Assembly (NCBI GenBank): GCA_964343575.1
Contig: CAYFJV010000002.1
Coordinates: 69,585 to 133,584, forward strand
Reading direction: 5' to 3'
From: an uncultured Methanosarcinales archaeon
GTDB taxonomy: Archaea > Nanobdellota > Nanobdellia > Woesearchaeales > GW2011-AR9
DNA length: 64,000 nt
The notes below the pieces were generated by a model. It made no database searches, was not told the origin of the DNA, and saw nothing but the letters and a program-made list of their open reading frames with translations. The number at the start of each line of letters is the position of its first letter. Position 1 is the first letter of the stretch. Made by a program: the position numbers and the translations under genes. Shown here piece after piece: positions 7,723-16,549 of this stretch.

Positions 7723-8769
7723 TTAGGAGAGAAAAAGAAGCTCTCGAGGAAACTTAGTGATTTCCCTTGCTTTTTTGTTTTTGAAAAGTAAGGTGTCTTC
7801 AAGTCTAAGGCCGAACTTGTTTTTGTAGTAGAGTCCAGGCTCTATGGTAAAAAGTTGATTCTCTTTGACTGTTTGCTGGGGATCTGCTTTTATGGAAACT
7901 CTTGGATTTTCATGGACTTCAATTCCTATCCCGTGGCCAAGCGAGTGGGTGAAGAATTTTTTGTCTTTTTTGAGAATGGATCTACAATGCTTCGCGATCT
8001 CTTTGAATGATCTGTTTGTTGTTGCTTGTTGTTTTGCTTCATATTGTGCCTCTTGAAGAAGTAAGAATTTTTCTTTTTCTTCTTTTGTTGGTCTGCCGAG
8101 ATAGAACATGCGCGTCATATCTGAATTGTAAAGGGTGTACCTTGCTCCCATATCTATGAGTAGAAATCCTTTTTTGAGTTTAGTTTTACTGGTGATGTGA
8201 TGTGGCACTGTTGCGTTTGCTTGATTGGCAACAATTGTTGGGAAAGCAACTTGCGCCCCTTGTTTTCTCATGTGGTTTTCAAGGAAAAGGGCGATGGAAA
8301 GCTCTGTTGGAAAACGCTTTCTTGTAAAGTTCTCTGTGAGTTCTTGAAGCGCCTTATCGGCGATACTTGCTGCTTTCTTGAGCTTGGAGATCTCTGTCTC
8401 TGTCTTTGTTTCTCTTAAATCGCTAAGTTCTTTTGAAAAGTCAATTATTTTTGCTTTGGGGTAGATCTTTTTGAGCGTCTCTTGGAAGGAAACAGTGAGT
8501 TTGCTTTTATTGACTGCAAGACGCTTGATTTTAGTTGACGTGAAGGCCTTTTGCCATTCTTTTTTTAGCTGCCTAATTTCTAGGCCCTTCTTTCTGGGAA
8601 CATGGTCTAATTTGGTGATGTGTAGTGTTGCTTTATTTGGGGTTATTTGTAGCAAGGCATAACTGAGGTCTTCTTGCGCTAAATAAGTAATGTTTGGATC
8701 CGGGAGGGTGAGAAAGAGAAGATCAATCTTTTTGTCTTTGAGTTGCTTTTGGAGAAGTTTGAGTTTCAT
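7723..8769 (-). CDS. M24 family peptidase (Xaa-Pro aminopeptidase-like)
   Basis: Pita-bread fold motifs are present (DMGARYTLYNSDMTRMF, HSLGHGIGIEVHE, and E...E ligands in the C-terminal part). Confidence 0.8.
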   Translation of the reverse strand: MKLKLLQKQLKDKKIDLLFLTLPDPNITYLAQEDLSYALLQITPNKATLHITKLDHVPRKKGLEIRQLKKEWQKAFTSTKIKRLAVNKSKLTVSFQETLKKIYPKAKIIDFSKELSDLRETKTETEISKLKKAASIADKALQELTENFTRKRFPTELSIALFLENHMRKQGAQVAFPTIVANQANATVPHHITSKTKLKKGFLLIDMGARYTLYNSDMTRMFYLGRPTKEEKEKFLLLQEAQYEAKQQATTNRSFKEIAKHCRSILKKDKKFFTHSLGHGIGIEVHENPRVSIKADPQQTVKENQLFTIEPGLYYKNKFGLRLEDTLLFKNKKAREITKFPRELLFLS

Positions 8770-8920
8770 AATGTTGGAAAGAAGGGGGCTTTGCGTATTT
8801 AAAGGTAGCTTTGTGGGGGGGCCCTAAGTAGATTAAGAGATTTGAAGTTTTATTTTTGGCTTTTGTAGACGATCAGAAAGGATTATAAAGCCAAAAATAA
8901 TGGTTTTCCTTGAGGGATTG

Positions 8921-10147
8921 ATGAAAAAACTAGTTCTTCCAAACGGCTTAACAGTACTTTATCAAAAAAAGAAAAGCAAGACCGTTGTAGTGCAAGCGCT
9001 TGTTAAGGCAGGAAGCAATCATGAGCCCGAAGGGGAGCGTGGTGTTGCGCACATGATGGAGCATTTGCTTTTTGAGGGGACTTTCAAGAGGCCAAGCGGA
9101 AAGTTGATTGCAAATGAAATTGAGAAGCTTGGTGGAGATTTTAACGCTTATACGAGCTTTAATCGAACAAGCTATTATATCAAGGTTTTGAACAAACATT
9201 TTTCTATTGCTATGGATGTACTTGGAGATGTTTTACAAAATCCCTTATTCCAGAAAAAAGATTTTGAACGCGAACGAGGGGTTGTGCTAAAAGAGATCAA
9301 CATGATCTACGATGATCCCCGTTCTTATCAGTGGGTATTAATGCAAGGAAAGTTGTATCGTGAACATCCTGCTAGGTTTCCGAGTTACGGTAGCGTTGCG
9401 GATTTAAAGGAGATGAAAGTGCGCACCGTTCGCTCTTTTTTTGAGAAACAGTACGTGGCGAACAACATGATCCTTTGTATCGTCGGGAACGTACGTGATT
9501 GGAAAAAAGTGGTCAAACGTGAGTTTGGCATGATGCGTTCTGGTCCTGTGAAAGCTTTGCGCTATAAGAAGGAGAAACCTTTGCGTAAGAAGCAAAGCGT
9601 TGTTGAGATTCGTAAAACCTTCAATAGCCATTTAGCGATGGGTTTTCGCACAGTTACTCGTGAGCATAAGGATAGTTATGTGCTTGATGTGATTCAAGGG
9701 ATTTTAGGTCGTGGACAAAGTGGAAGGGTGTTTGCTGAGCTTCGTGGGAAGCACGGGCTTGCTTATGATGTGGGAACCGAACACATTGCAGAAGAAGATC
9801 ACGGCTATTTTGCGCTTTATGCAAGTTTTAGTAAGGAGAATAAAGCTAAGGCTGAACGCTTAATGCGCGGCGAGATTAAGAAGTTGCTTTCGGTAACTGA
9901 AGATGATATTAAAGAGGCTAAAACCTACCTCGAGGGAGAATATTATTTAGGTTTAGAAGAGCCGCAGCAGCTTGCAGACACCATGTTATTCTGGGAGCAG
10001 GTAGGCAATGCACACTGGCTTGAGAAATATTTGAAAGAGATTGAAAAAGTGACTGTTGCTGATGTTCGTCGTGTGGTTCGTAAGTATTTGCAGTATCCTA
10101 CTGTTGCTTTTATTACCGGGAATGGTTCTGGGAGGAAGAAGAAGTGA
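8921..10147 (+). CDS. M16 (pitrilysin/insulinase) family zinc peptidase
   Basis: Inverted zinc motif HMMEHLLFEG. The track ORF starts at 8900, but a TATA box at 8881-8890 favours the ATG at 8921 (MKKLVLPNGL). Confidence 0.75.
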   Translation: MKKLVLPNGLTVLYQKKKSKTVVVQALVKAGSNHEPEGERGVAHMMEHLLFEGTFKRPSGKLIANEIEKLGGDFNAYTSFNRTSYYIKVLNKHFSIAMDVLGDVLQNPLFQKKDFERERGVVLKEINMIYDDPRSYQWVLMQGKLYREHPARFPSYGSVADLKEMKVRTVRSFFEKQYVANNMILCIVGNVRDWKKVVKREFGMMRSGPVKALRYKKEKPLRKKQSVVEIRKTFNSHLAMGFRTVTREHKDSYVLDVIQGILGRGQSGRVFAELRGKHGLAYDVGTEHIAEEDHGYFALYASFSKENKAKAERLMRGEIKKLLSVTEDDIKEAKTYLEGEYYLGLEEPQQLADTMLFWEQVGNAHWLEKYLKEIEKVTVADVRRVVRKYLQYPTVAFITGNGSGRKKK

Positions 10148-10638
10148 AGGAAAAACAAGTTTTAATTCTCATTCGTGGCCCAGCAGGAGTTGGGAAAAGT
10201 ACTATCTCTAAAGCATTGAAAAGAAAAAAGGAAGGGTTAGTACATCTTGATGTGGATAGTTTTAAACACCTTATCTCTAAAGAGTCAAGTAAGACCCGTA
10301 CAGAGATTGCGCATGAGGTAGGAAGTCTCTTCCTGCAAAAATTGTTGGAAAAAGGATATAGTGTTGTTATCGAAGAACTTTTTAGAGAAAAGGAATACAA
10401 AGAGATCTTGAAAAAAGTCAAGAAATTTAAAATTCTGGTTTTGAAAGTTTTTCTTAAGGCTCCGAAAAAAGTGTTGTATCTTAGAGATGCAAATCGTGGA
10501 AAAAATAAAGGAAAGGCAGTTATTTCTAAATTACATGGAATTGTTAAAGAAAGTGGTGAAGACATTGTAATTGATACTAGCAAAGTTTCTGTTGCTGAAG
10601 CCGTAAAAAAAATTCTTTTGGAAATAGAAAAAAAATAA
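10144..10638 (+). CDS. P-loop nucleotide/nucleoside kinase-like ATPase
   Basis: Walker A motif GPAGVGKST at the N-terminus. The 164-aa size and layout resemble AAA_33/adenylate-kinase-like proteins. Confidence 0.5.
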   Translation: MKEKQVLILIRGPAGVGKSTISKALKRKKEGLVHLDVDSFKHLISKESSKTRTEIAHEVGSLFLQKLLEKGYSVVIEELFREKEYKEILKKVKKFKILVLKVFLKAPKKVLYLRDANRGKNKGKAVISKLHGIVKESGEDIVIDTSKVSVAEAVKKILLEIEKK

Positions 10639-11721
10639 TTATCTTGTCACTTGAAAGGCCTGCACTTTTTCCAAAAGTTCTTTTGCCTTTTTATCTTCTT
10701 TAAAGTGTTTTCTTGTCGGCTCTAAAAGAAAGTTGATTGCAGCAGCGACCCCGGTTTTGAGATCAATGGATTTGAGCTCTCCTTTCTTGAAAGCAGCTTC
10801 AAGTTCTTGATAGCTTGAGAAGGAAAGGTTGCCCCCATACTTTTCTGGTCTTTCGATGTCTAACTTATCCATAAGCTGGAAAACTATGTACTTTGCATAC
10901 TCTAATACTGGATTGTCTTCCACTTCTCCATCAACACAGTGCGCTTTTTTGAACTTTCTTTGCACATCTTCTTTGGAGTCAGTCATAAAAATAGCAGTAT
11001 CGGGCTTTGACTTAGACATTTTCATTGCAATCTTCCTATCGATTCCTGTTGCGTCAGATTGTTTAAACTGTAAGCCTAAAAGCATATGGTGATGTAATGC
11101 CACTGGTTTCTGTAAACCAATTTTAGGGAAGACGTCACGAGCGAGCATATTTACTTTTCTTTGATCTAGGCCTAATTGCGCGATGTCTGCATTAAGGTGA
11201 TGAATGTCTGCTGCTTGCATCAGAGGATAAAGCACTTGCGCTGCAGGGTTAGAAGTTGATTCTTCTCTTCCCATAATTTGTCCGCACTTTAAGACTCTTG
11301 ATACAGTTGCGTTCATTGCAAGTTTCATTACTGTTTCCCAATACTCGGGATGTTCTTCATAGAATTTTGAAGTCCAAACAAACTCAACGTTTTTAAGATC
11401 CATGCCGCAAGATTTCCACACTTCGATTGCATACTCTCCGACAGTTTGAATCTTTTCTAAGTCTCCTCCATACTTATTATTAAGCATGCCAAAGTAATCA
11501 GCAACCCAGAACTTGAATTTTATCCCAAGTGAAGTTAACTTGTTGACAGTGATAGCTCGAAGGAGGCCTTGCGCAATGTGAATTTGCCCGGAAGGTTCGA
11601 AACCATCATAGGCGATTGGGTGCTCTTTTTCTTGGAAAAGTTTGAGTAAGTCTTCTTTGGTGATCAATTCTTCAAAAAGAGGATCATTTTCAATTGTTGC
11701 TACTTTTTGCTCTGGATTCAT
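10639..11721 (-). CDS. tyrS: Class I aminoacyl-tRNA synthetase, most likely tyrosyl-tRNA synthetase
   Basis: FEPSGQIHIAQG is a HIGH-motif variant, and the KMSKS motif is present. The roughly 360-aa length fits archaeal TyrRS; TrpRS is not fully excluded. Confidence 0.6.
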   Translation of the reverse strand: MNPEQKVATIENDPLFEELITKEDLLKLFQEKEHPIAYDGFEPSGQIHIAQGLLRAITVNKLTSLGIKFKFWVADYFGMLNNKYGGDLEKIQTVGEYAIEVWKSCGMDLKNVEFVWTSKFYEEHPEYWETVMKLAMNATVSRVLKCGQIMGREESTSNPAAQVLYPLMQAADIHHLNADIAQLGLDQRKVNMLARDVFPKIGLQKPVALHHHMLLGLQFKQSDATGIDRKIAMKMSKSKPDTAIFMTDSKEDVQRKFKKAHCVDGEVEDNPVLEYAKYIVFQLMDKLDIERPEKYGGNLSFSSYQELEAAFKKGELKSIDLKTGVAAAINFLLEPTRKHFKEDKKAKELLEKVQAFQVTR

Positions 11722-11743
11722 AGTTTGTTTTAAGGGCCTTAAC

Positions 11744-11761
11744 AGTTATTTAAAGCTTTTT
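11744..11761 (-). promoter_or_regulatory. BRE/TATA-like motif (AAAGCTTTAAATAA on the minus strand) about 25-30 nt upstream of the tyrS ATG
   Basis: Recurrent AAAGCTTT + A/T-rich motif. Confidence 0.45.
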
Positions 11762-11869
11762 GGAATGAACCATAATAGTTTGGGAAAAGGGATGCTTGTG
11801 CTGTGGTGTGGAAAAGTATAAATAGCAAGATAGGAGGTGTCCTGATTGGGTGTTGGGGGGATTAGACTA

Positions 11870-12514
11870 ATGAAAAAAATACTCTTGTTTGATTTCTGGG
11901 GAACGCTCGCTGAAAACGGAGTTTGGAGCCCAACAAAACAAATTCGAAACATTCTTGGTATCCGTTTGCCTTTCTCTGAGTACGTTAACCGTATGCAAGG
12001 AGCCATGATGACAAAAAAGCATGAAGATTTAGAAGCTGCTTTTCGTTCGGTGTGTTCAGAATTTGCCCTTGATTGTGATGATGCTAAAATTGAAGAACTG
12101 ATTGGCATGTGGAACAAAAATTGGATGCTTGCAAAACCTTACGAGGAGGTTGCTGATGAATTGGCCAAACTTAAAGAGAAAGGGTTTACTTTAGTGCTTG
12201 TTGCTAACACAGATCAATTTTCTATTCAAAATGTTTTAGAAAAGTTTTCTTTAACTGGTCTGTTTGATAAGTTGTACTTTAGTTGCGATGTTGGGCTTAT
12301 CAAAAATGATGAAGCTTTCTTTCCTGGACTTTGTTCTGAGCTTGGAGTGGGGGTTGGAGATTGTGTCATGATAGGCGATAGCATTCAAAGTGATGTGATT
12401 GCAGCAAAGGCTGTTGGGCTTTCTGCTGTGCTTGTTGATCGTAAGAATACTCGAGATTATCATCCTAAGATTCAGTCACTTAAGGAGTTAGAAGCAGTGC
12501 TTGAGAGTTTGTAA
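11870..12514 (+). CDS. HAD-superfamily hydrolase
   Basis: Motif I FDFWGTL (DxD variant), motif II and motif IV (GDSIQSDV) are present. The start is reassigned to MKKILLFDF at 11870. Confidence 0.7.
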   Translation: MKKILLFDFWGTLAENGVWSPTKQIRNILGIRLPFSEYVNRMQGAMMTKKHEDLEAAFRSVCSEFALDCDDAKIEELIGMWNKNWMLAKPYEEVADELAKLKEKGFTLVLVANTDQFSIQNVLEKFSLTGLFDKLYFSCDVGLIKNDEAFFPGLCSELGVGVGDCVMIGDSIQSDVIAAKAVGLSAVLVDRKNTRDYHPKIQSLKELEAVLESL

Positions 12515-12555
12515 TTTGGGGAATATTTAAGTAAGCATTTTGTTTTTATTGCCTT

Positions 12556-13455
12556 ATGGTCAAAGTAGTCTTTCTCGGCACCACATGTATGCAGCCTACC
12601 AAGGATCGTAACCATAGTGGTATCTATCTCAAATTTAAAGAGCAAGAAATTCTTTTTGACTGTGGTGAGGGGATTCAGCGGCAGATGCGCATTGCGGGAT
12701 TAAAGCCAACAAAGCTAAAGCATATTTGTATCTCTCATTGGCACGGTGATCACGTGCTTGGTTTGCCTGGGCTTTTGAGTACCATGGCAGCAAATCAATA
12801 TTCTGGGACTTTGCATATTTATGGTCCTAAGGGTTCTCGGAAAAGGTTCTTGGCTATGCAAAAAGCCTTCTCTTGTGGTCTTGATCAATTGGATGTGCAG
12901 TTGCATGAGTTAGGATCTTCGGGGCTTGTCTTTGAAGGAAAGGATTTTGAGTTGCATGCGCAGTCGCTCGAGCATTGCATGCCTTGTTTTGGCTATTCTT
13001 TTGTTGAAAAAGATCGCAGGCGTATCAAAGTTGCTCTTGCTAAAAAGTTGGGGCTGGCTGGTCCGGTTTTAGGTAAGTTGCAGCAAGGAAAGAATGTTGT
13101 GCATAAAGGTAAGAAGGTTAAGTGCGATGATGTAACGACCGTTGTTAAAGGTAAAAAAATTGCTTACGTTGCTGATACCAAGATGTGTCAAAGCGCCGTT
13201 GTACTTGCAATGGATGCCGATTTGTTAATTTCAGAGAGTACCTTTCATAGTGAAGATGCAAAGAAGGCTTTGGAGTTTCATCATATGACTTCGGCTGATG
13301 CTGGAAAATTGGCTGTTCAGGCAGGAGTTGGAAAGTTGGTATTAACTCATCCAAGTTTACGCTATAAGACGACAAGCGCACTGGTTCGTGAAGCAAAGAA
13401 GTACTTTAAGGGGTCCGTGAGCTTTGCTAAGGACTTTATGGAGATTAAGGTTTGA
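12556..13455 (+). CDS. rnz: Ribonuclease Z (tRNA 3' endonuclease), metallo-beta-lactamase fold
   Basis: The HxHxDH motif reads ISHWHGDHVLGLPGLL, with a short-form RNase Z N-terminus. Confidence 0.8.
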   Translation: MVKVVFLGTTCMQPTKDRNHSGIYLKFKEQEILFDCGEGIQRQMRIAGLKPTKLKHICISHWHGDHVLGLPGLLSTMAANQYSGTLHIYGPKGSRKRFLAMQKAFSCGLDQLDVQLHELGSSGLVFEGKDFELHAQSLEHCMPCFGYSFVEKDRRRIKVALAKKLGLAGPVLGKLQQGKNVVHKGKKVKCDDVTTVVKGKKIAYVADTKMCQSAVVLAMDADLLISESTFHSEDAKKALEFHHMTSADAGKLAVQAGVGKLVLTHPSLRYKTTSALVREAKKYFKGSVSFAKDFMEIKV

Positions 13456-13547
13456 GTTCTTGGAGTTTGGTTTGTTCTCTTTTTATTGCACTGGTCAAGT
13501 GCGGTGAGTGTATATAAAGCATTATTGCATTCTTGCTTTTGATATCT

Positions 13548-13937
13548 ATGAACCGCAAAGCTAAGGGGACAAACGCTGAACGTCAGCTAGTGCATGCAAT
13601 CCATTCTTTTGGTTGGTCTTGTTTGCGGGCAGCCGGGAGCGGGTCTTCACGTTATCCTTGCCCAGATATTTTGGCAGGTAATGGAAGCAGACGTCTTGCT
13701 ATCGAGTGTAAAGTTACGAAGGAGAAACGTAAATACTTTAGCGCTGAAGATGTGCAGCAGTTGCGTATTTTTGCTCGCAACTTTGGAGCTGAGTCTTGGC
13801 TGGGGGTGAAGTTTGGCTCTGAGGATTGGTATTTCGTGATGCTTGAAGATCTTATCGAGACCAAAAGTGCTTTTGTCATTTCTTTAGATGTTGCTGAACG
13901 TCGTGGCTTGAGGTTGAAAGAGTTGTTGGAGAGTTAG
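13548..13937 (+). CDS. hjc: Holliday junction resolvase Hjc
   Basis: KGTNAERQLV...GSGSS...PDILA...IECKV matches the Hjc catalytic core (E, D, E-x-K). Start reassigned to MNRKAKG. Confidence 0.75.
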   Translation: MNRKAKGTNAERQLVHAIHSFGWSCLRAAGSGSSRYPCPDILAGNGSRRLAIECKVTKEKRKYFSAEDVQQLRIFARNFGAESWLGVKFGSEDWYFVMLEDLIETKSAFVISLDVAERRGLRLKELLES

Positions 13938-14003
13938 TTTTTTTCTTTTTTAGGTGTTGATTGGCAGCTGCTTGTGAGGTTGGAAAAGTTGTCTTCTTTG
14001 ACG

Positions 14004-14017
14004 AAAGCTTTATAAGT
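14004..14017 (+). promoter_or_regulatory. BRE/TATA-like motif AAAGCTTTATAAG upstream of the TFE gene
   Basis: Recurrent motif about 52 nt upstream of the ATG at 14068, implying a short 5' UTR. Confidence 0.35.
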
Positions 14018-14067
14018 GTCGTCCTTTGTCGTAGAGGACAAGATAGTGGGGTCTGTCCAGTTCTAAG

Positions 14068-15108
14068 ATGCGTCTAACCAAACAAAAAATTGATGGAGTC
14101 ATCATAAAAATCCTTGGAGAACAAGGTTTATCCCTGGTGGAACTTCTTCAGGGGCAAGAAAACGTTTCTGAGTTTGATATTGCAAAAAAGCTCAAGAAAG
14201 ATATCAAAGTTGTTCGTAAGATGCTCTATTTGCTTTACAATCACAATTTAGTTTCTTTCACACGAAAAAAAGACAAGCAAAAAGGATGGTATATTTACTA
14301 TTGGACCCTTATGCTCGAATCTTTACGCTTTCAATACCTTAAACAGAAAAAGGAGACTCTTGCTCGGCTTGAAAAGATGCTTGAGCGAGAGAGAAAAGAG
14401 ATTTTCTTTGTCTCTCCAGATGGAAGCACTCGTTTAAGTTTTGATGAAGCAATGGAGTTTGACTTTCACTGCCCTGAGACGGGAGCGCTTCTTGAGCAAG
14501 AAGATAATGCTGAGCGTATAACTTTGCTTGAAAAGCGAATCACCGAACTTCGCAAAGAGATTGAAGCTGAACAAAAGTTCCGTGATGCTCAACGCAAGAA
14601 GAGAAGAGAAGAAGCGAAGAAAAAAGCAGCAAAAGAAAAAGCTCGAGAAGAGCGCCGACTTGCAAAAGAGAAGGCTGACAAGGAAAAAGCAAAAGAGGCT
14701 AAACGAAAAGCTAAGGAGCTTGAGAAGAAGAGGGCTGCTCGTGAGCGAGCAAAGGTTCGTGAGGCTAAGAGAAAGGCAAAAGAAGCTGCGAAAAAGAAAG
14801 CAGCAAAAGAAAAAGCTTTGAAGAAAAAGGAAGCTGAGCGTAAGAAAAAAGAGGCTGCAAAGAAGAAGAAGCAAAAGGCAGCAAAAAGAAAAGCAAGCAA
14901 ACGCAAGGTTGCTCGTAAAAAAGCGAGTAAAGCAAAAAAAGCAGTTAAGAAGAAAGTTGCTAAAAAGAAAAAAGTGGTGAAAAAGAAAGCCACAAAGAAG
15001 AAAGCTGCTAGAACAAAATCAAAAGCTTCTAAGAAAAAAACAGTTAAGAGAGTGAAGGTTCCTGCTAAAAAGAAAACTGTAAAAAGAAAGAGCGGGAGAA
15101 AAAAATAA
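14068..15108 (+). CDS. tfe: Transcription factor E alpha (TFIIE-alpha homolog) with an unusual ~190-aa Lys/Ala/Glu-rich C-terminal extension
   Basis: N-terminal winged helix with the GWYIYYWTL motif. The zinc-ribbon region is degenerate (a single Cys, FHCPETG). It is followed by a histone H1-like low-complexity tail (AKKKAAKEKAREE...KKKVAKKKKVVKKKATKKK). Confidence 0.7.
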   Translation: MRLTKQKIDGVIIKILGEQGLSLVELLQGQENVSEFDIAKKLKKDIKVVRKMLYLLYNHNLVSFTRKKDKQKGWYIYYWTLMLESLRFQYLKQKKETLARLEKMLERERKEIFFVSPDGSTRLSFDEAMEFDFHCPETGALLEQEDNAERITLLEKRITELRKEIEAEQKFRDAQRKKRREEAKKKAAKEKAREERRLAKEKADKEKAKEAKRKAKELEKKRAARERAKVREAKRKAKEAAKKKAAKEKALKKKEAERKKKEAAKKKKQKAAKRKASKRKVARKKASKAKKAVKKKVAKKKKVVKKKATKKKAARTKSKASKKKTVKRVKVPAKKKTVKRKSGRKK

Positions 15109-15152
15109 ACTGTTTTATCTTCTAAAATTAAAATTTAAGAAAAAAAGAAGAT

Positions 15153-15422
15153 TTATCTTCGTCTTCTAGTTGTTCTTCGAGAAGTTGTTTTCTTACGAGC
15201 AGGACTTTTTTTCTTCTTTGCTGGAGACTTCTTCTTGATACCAAGAGCTCTCTCAATTACTGCTTCCTCTCGCAAAACTCGCATGGTCATTCTTTGAATG
15301 TTGGACTCCATTCCTGCAACACGTCGCTCAAGCATGATAAGCACACGCAAACTGTAAACAATTGCAGCTAAGGTTCCAATGATGGTTGCGAGAATAACTT
15401 GTAGTAAGGATAATTCTGCCAT
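15153..15422 (-). CDS. Small membrane protein with a basic C-terminal tail
   Basis: One N-terminal TM helix, then a K/R-rich tail. Confidence 0.35.
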   Translation of the reverse strand: MAELSLLQVILATIIGTLAAIVYSLRVLIMLERRVAGMESNIQRMTMRVLREEAVIERALGIKKKSPAKKKKSPARKKTTSRRTTRRRR

Positions 15423-15543
15423 TTGTGCACCTCTTTTGATTGCTAAATTGCTTTGGAAAAAGTGTTTTGAGCTATATAAATGTTTGCTTAGCTAGTTTCA
15501 AGAAGAGGAAAGGTTAACAAAAAGAAAATTTCTGTGTGCGTGC

Positions 15544-15771
15544 ATGAGAAAAACGTATCGTGGAAGTGAAGCACCTGGTTTTCCAATGCTCACTTATGGG
15601 CTAGTTTTTGGAACTGTTTTATTGGCCTCTTTAGGAAGTTATGGCATATTCTCTTTGTCCGATGCTGCCAATGCCTCTCCAGAAATTGGTGGAATGGAAA
15701 GAATACTTGGGTCTGATCCTCTTTATGAAGATACTGCTGGGAGGTACTTTTCTTTAGAGAGAGAACCCTAA
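15544..15771 (+). CDS. Hypothetical small membrane protein
   Basis: 75-aa ORF with one hydrophobic segment; weak support. Confidence 0.25.
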   Translation: MRKTYRGSEAPGFPMLTYGLVFGTVLLASLGSYGIFSLSDAANASPEIGGMERILGSDPLYEDTAGRYFSLEREP

Positions 15772-15775
15772 GCCA

Positions 15776-15790
15776 AAGCTTTATAAAAAT
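15776..15790 (+). promoter_or_regulatory. BRE/TATA motif AAAGCTTTATAAAAA, 20-30 nt upstream of the aIF2-beta ATG (leaderless)
   Basis: Best example of the recurrent motif. Confidence 0.5.
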
Positions 15791-15809
15791 GACCTAGCTT
15801 TGCCTCTTT

Positions 15810-16220
15810 ATGGATGATTATGAAGCTTTACTCAAAAAGGCTCTTGAAGAACTGCCAGAACACTCGGTTGCAGCAGAGCGTTTTACTATTGAGAAAGTGA
15901 AAGGCCACATTGAAGGAAGTAAGACTATTATTTCTAACCTTAAACAGATTGCTAAAGACCTTGGTCGAGATGCTGATCATCTTTTGAAATATCTTCTTCG
16001 TGAGACTGCAACTGCAGGAAAGTTTTCTAGAGGGCGCGTTATCTTCGCATCCAAGATTTCGGCGAAACGTTTGAATGATAAAATTCGAAAGTACGCTAGT
16101 GAGTTTGTTTTTTGTAGCGAGTGTGGTAAGCCTGAAACTCAACTTATCGAAGAAAAGGGGATTGCTTATTTGCGTTGTCAAGCTTGCGGTGCAAAAAAGC
16201 CGGTAAAAACAATCAAATAA
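15810..16220 (+). CDS. eif2b: Translation initiation factor 2 beta subunit (aIF2-beta)
   Basis: C-terminal C4 zinc ribbon CSECGKPET...CQACGAKK with a conserved N-terminal helix. Confidence 0.85.
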   Translation: MDDYEALLKKALEELPEHSVAAERFTIEKVKGHIEGSKTIISNLKQIAKDLGRDADHLLKYLLRETATAGKFSRGRVIFASKISAKRLNDKIRKYASEFVFCSECGKPETQLIEEKGIAYLRCQACGAKKPVKTIK

Positions 16221-16238
16221 TTTTGTGGGTTTCGTGCG

Positions 16239-16544
16239 ATGGGATCAGATGTCTTTATTCTTGCCGAACATAATTCTCCAGAAGGTATTGTTATGGTACT
16301 CACTGATGCAGAGATCATTGGTCAAAAGTTTGAAACGGAGAAACTGCAACTTGATTTGTCCGGAAAGTTTTATGCTGGGGAAGAGAAGAGTCGTGAAGAA
16401 GTTTTGAAACGTTTGCAGAAGGCCTACATTGTGAACTTTACTGGAGAGCGAAGCGTTGCTCTTGGTCTAGAGTTAGGTATTCTTGATTCAGAGCGTGTGC
16501 TTGTGATTGGCGGCGTTGAGCATGCACAAGCTTGGCTTGGGTAA
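16239..16544 (+). CDS. Hypothetical conserved small protein
   Basis: 101-aa ORF directly downstream of aIF2-beta. Confidence 0.35.
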   Translation: MGSDVFILAEHNSPEGIVMVLTDAEIIGQKFETEKLQLDLSGKFYAGEEKSREEVLKRLQKAYIVNFTGERSVALGLELGILDSERVLVIGGVEHAQAWLG

Positions 16545-16549
16545 AAAGA

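Noticed and set aside
14434-14993. Three overlapping alternative-frame ORFs within the TFE tail region
   Set aside because: They are artefacts of the repetitive AAG/AAA-rich sequence encoding the Lys/Ala tail. The TFE frame is continuous with the upstream winged-helix domain.
14560-15100. Repetitive K/A/E-coding stretch considered as a possible CRISPR or tandem repeat array
   Set aside because: There are no regularly spaced identical direct repeats with unique spacers. The periodicity is codon-level (AAG, AAA, GCT), consistent with low-complexity coding sequence.
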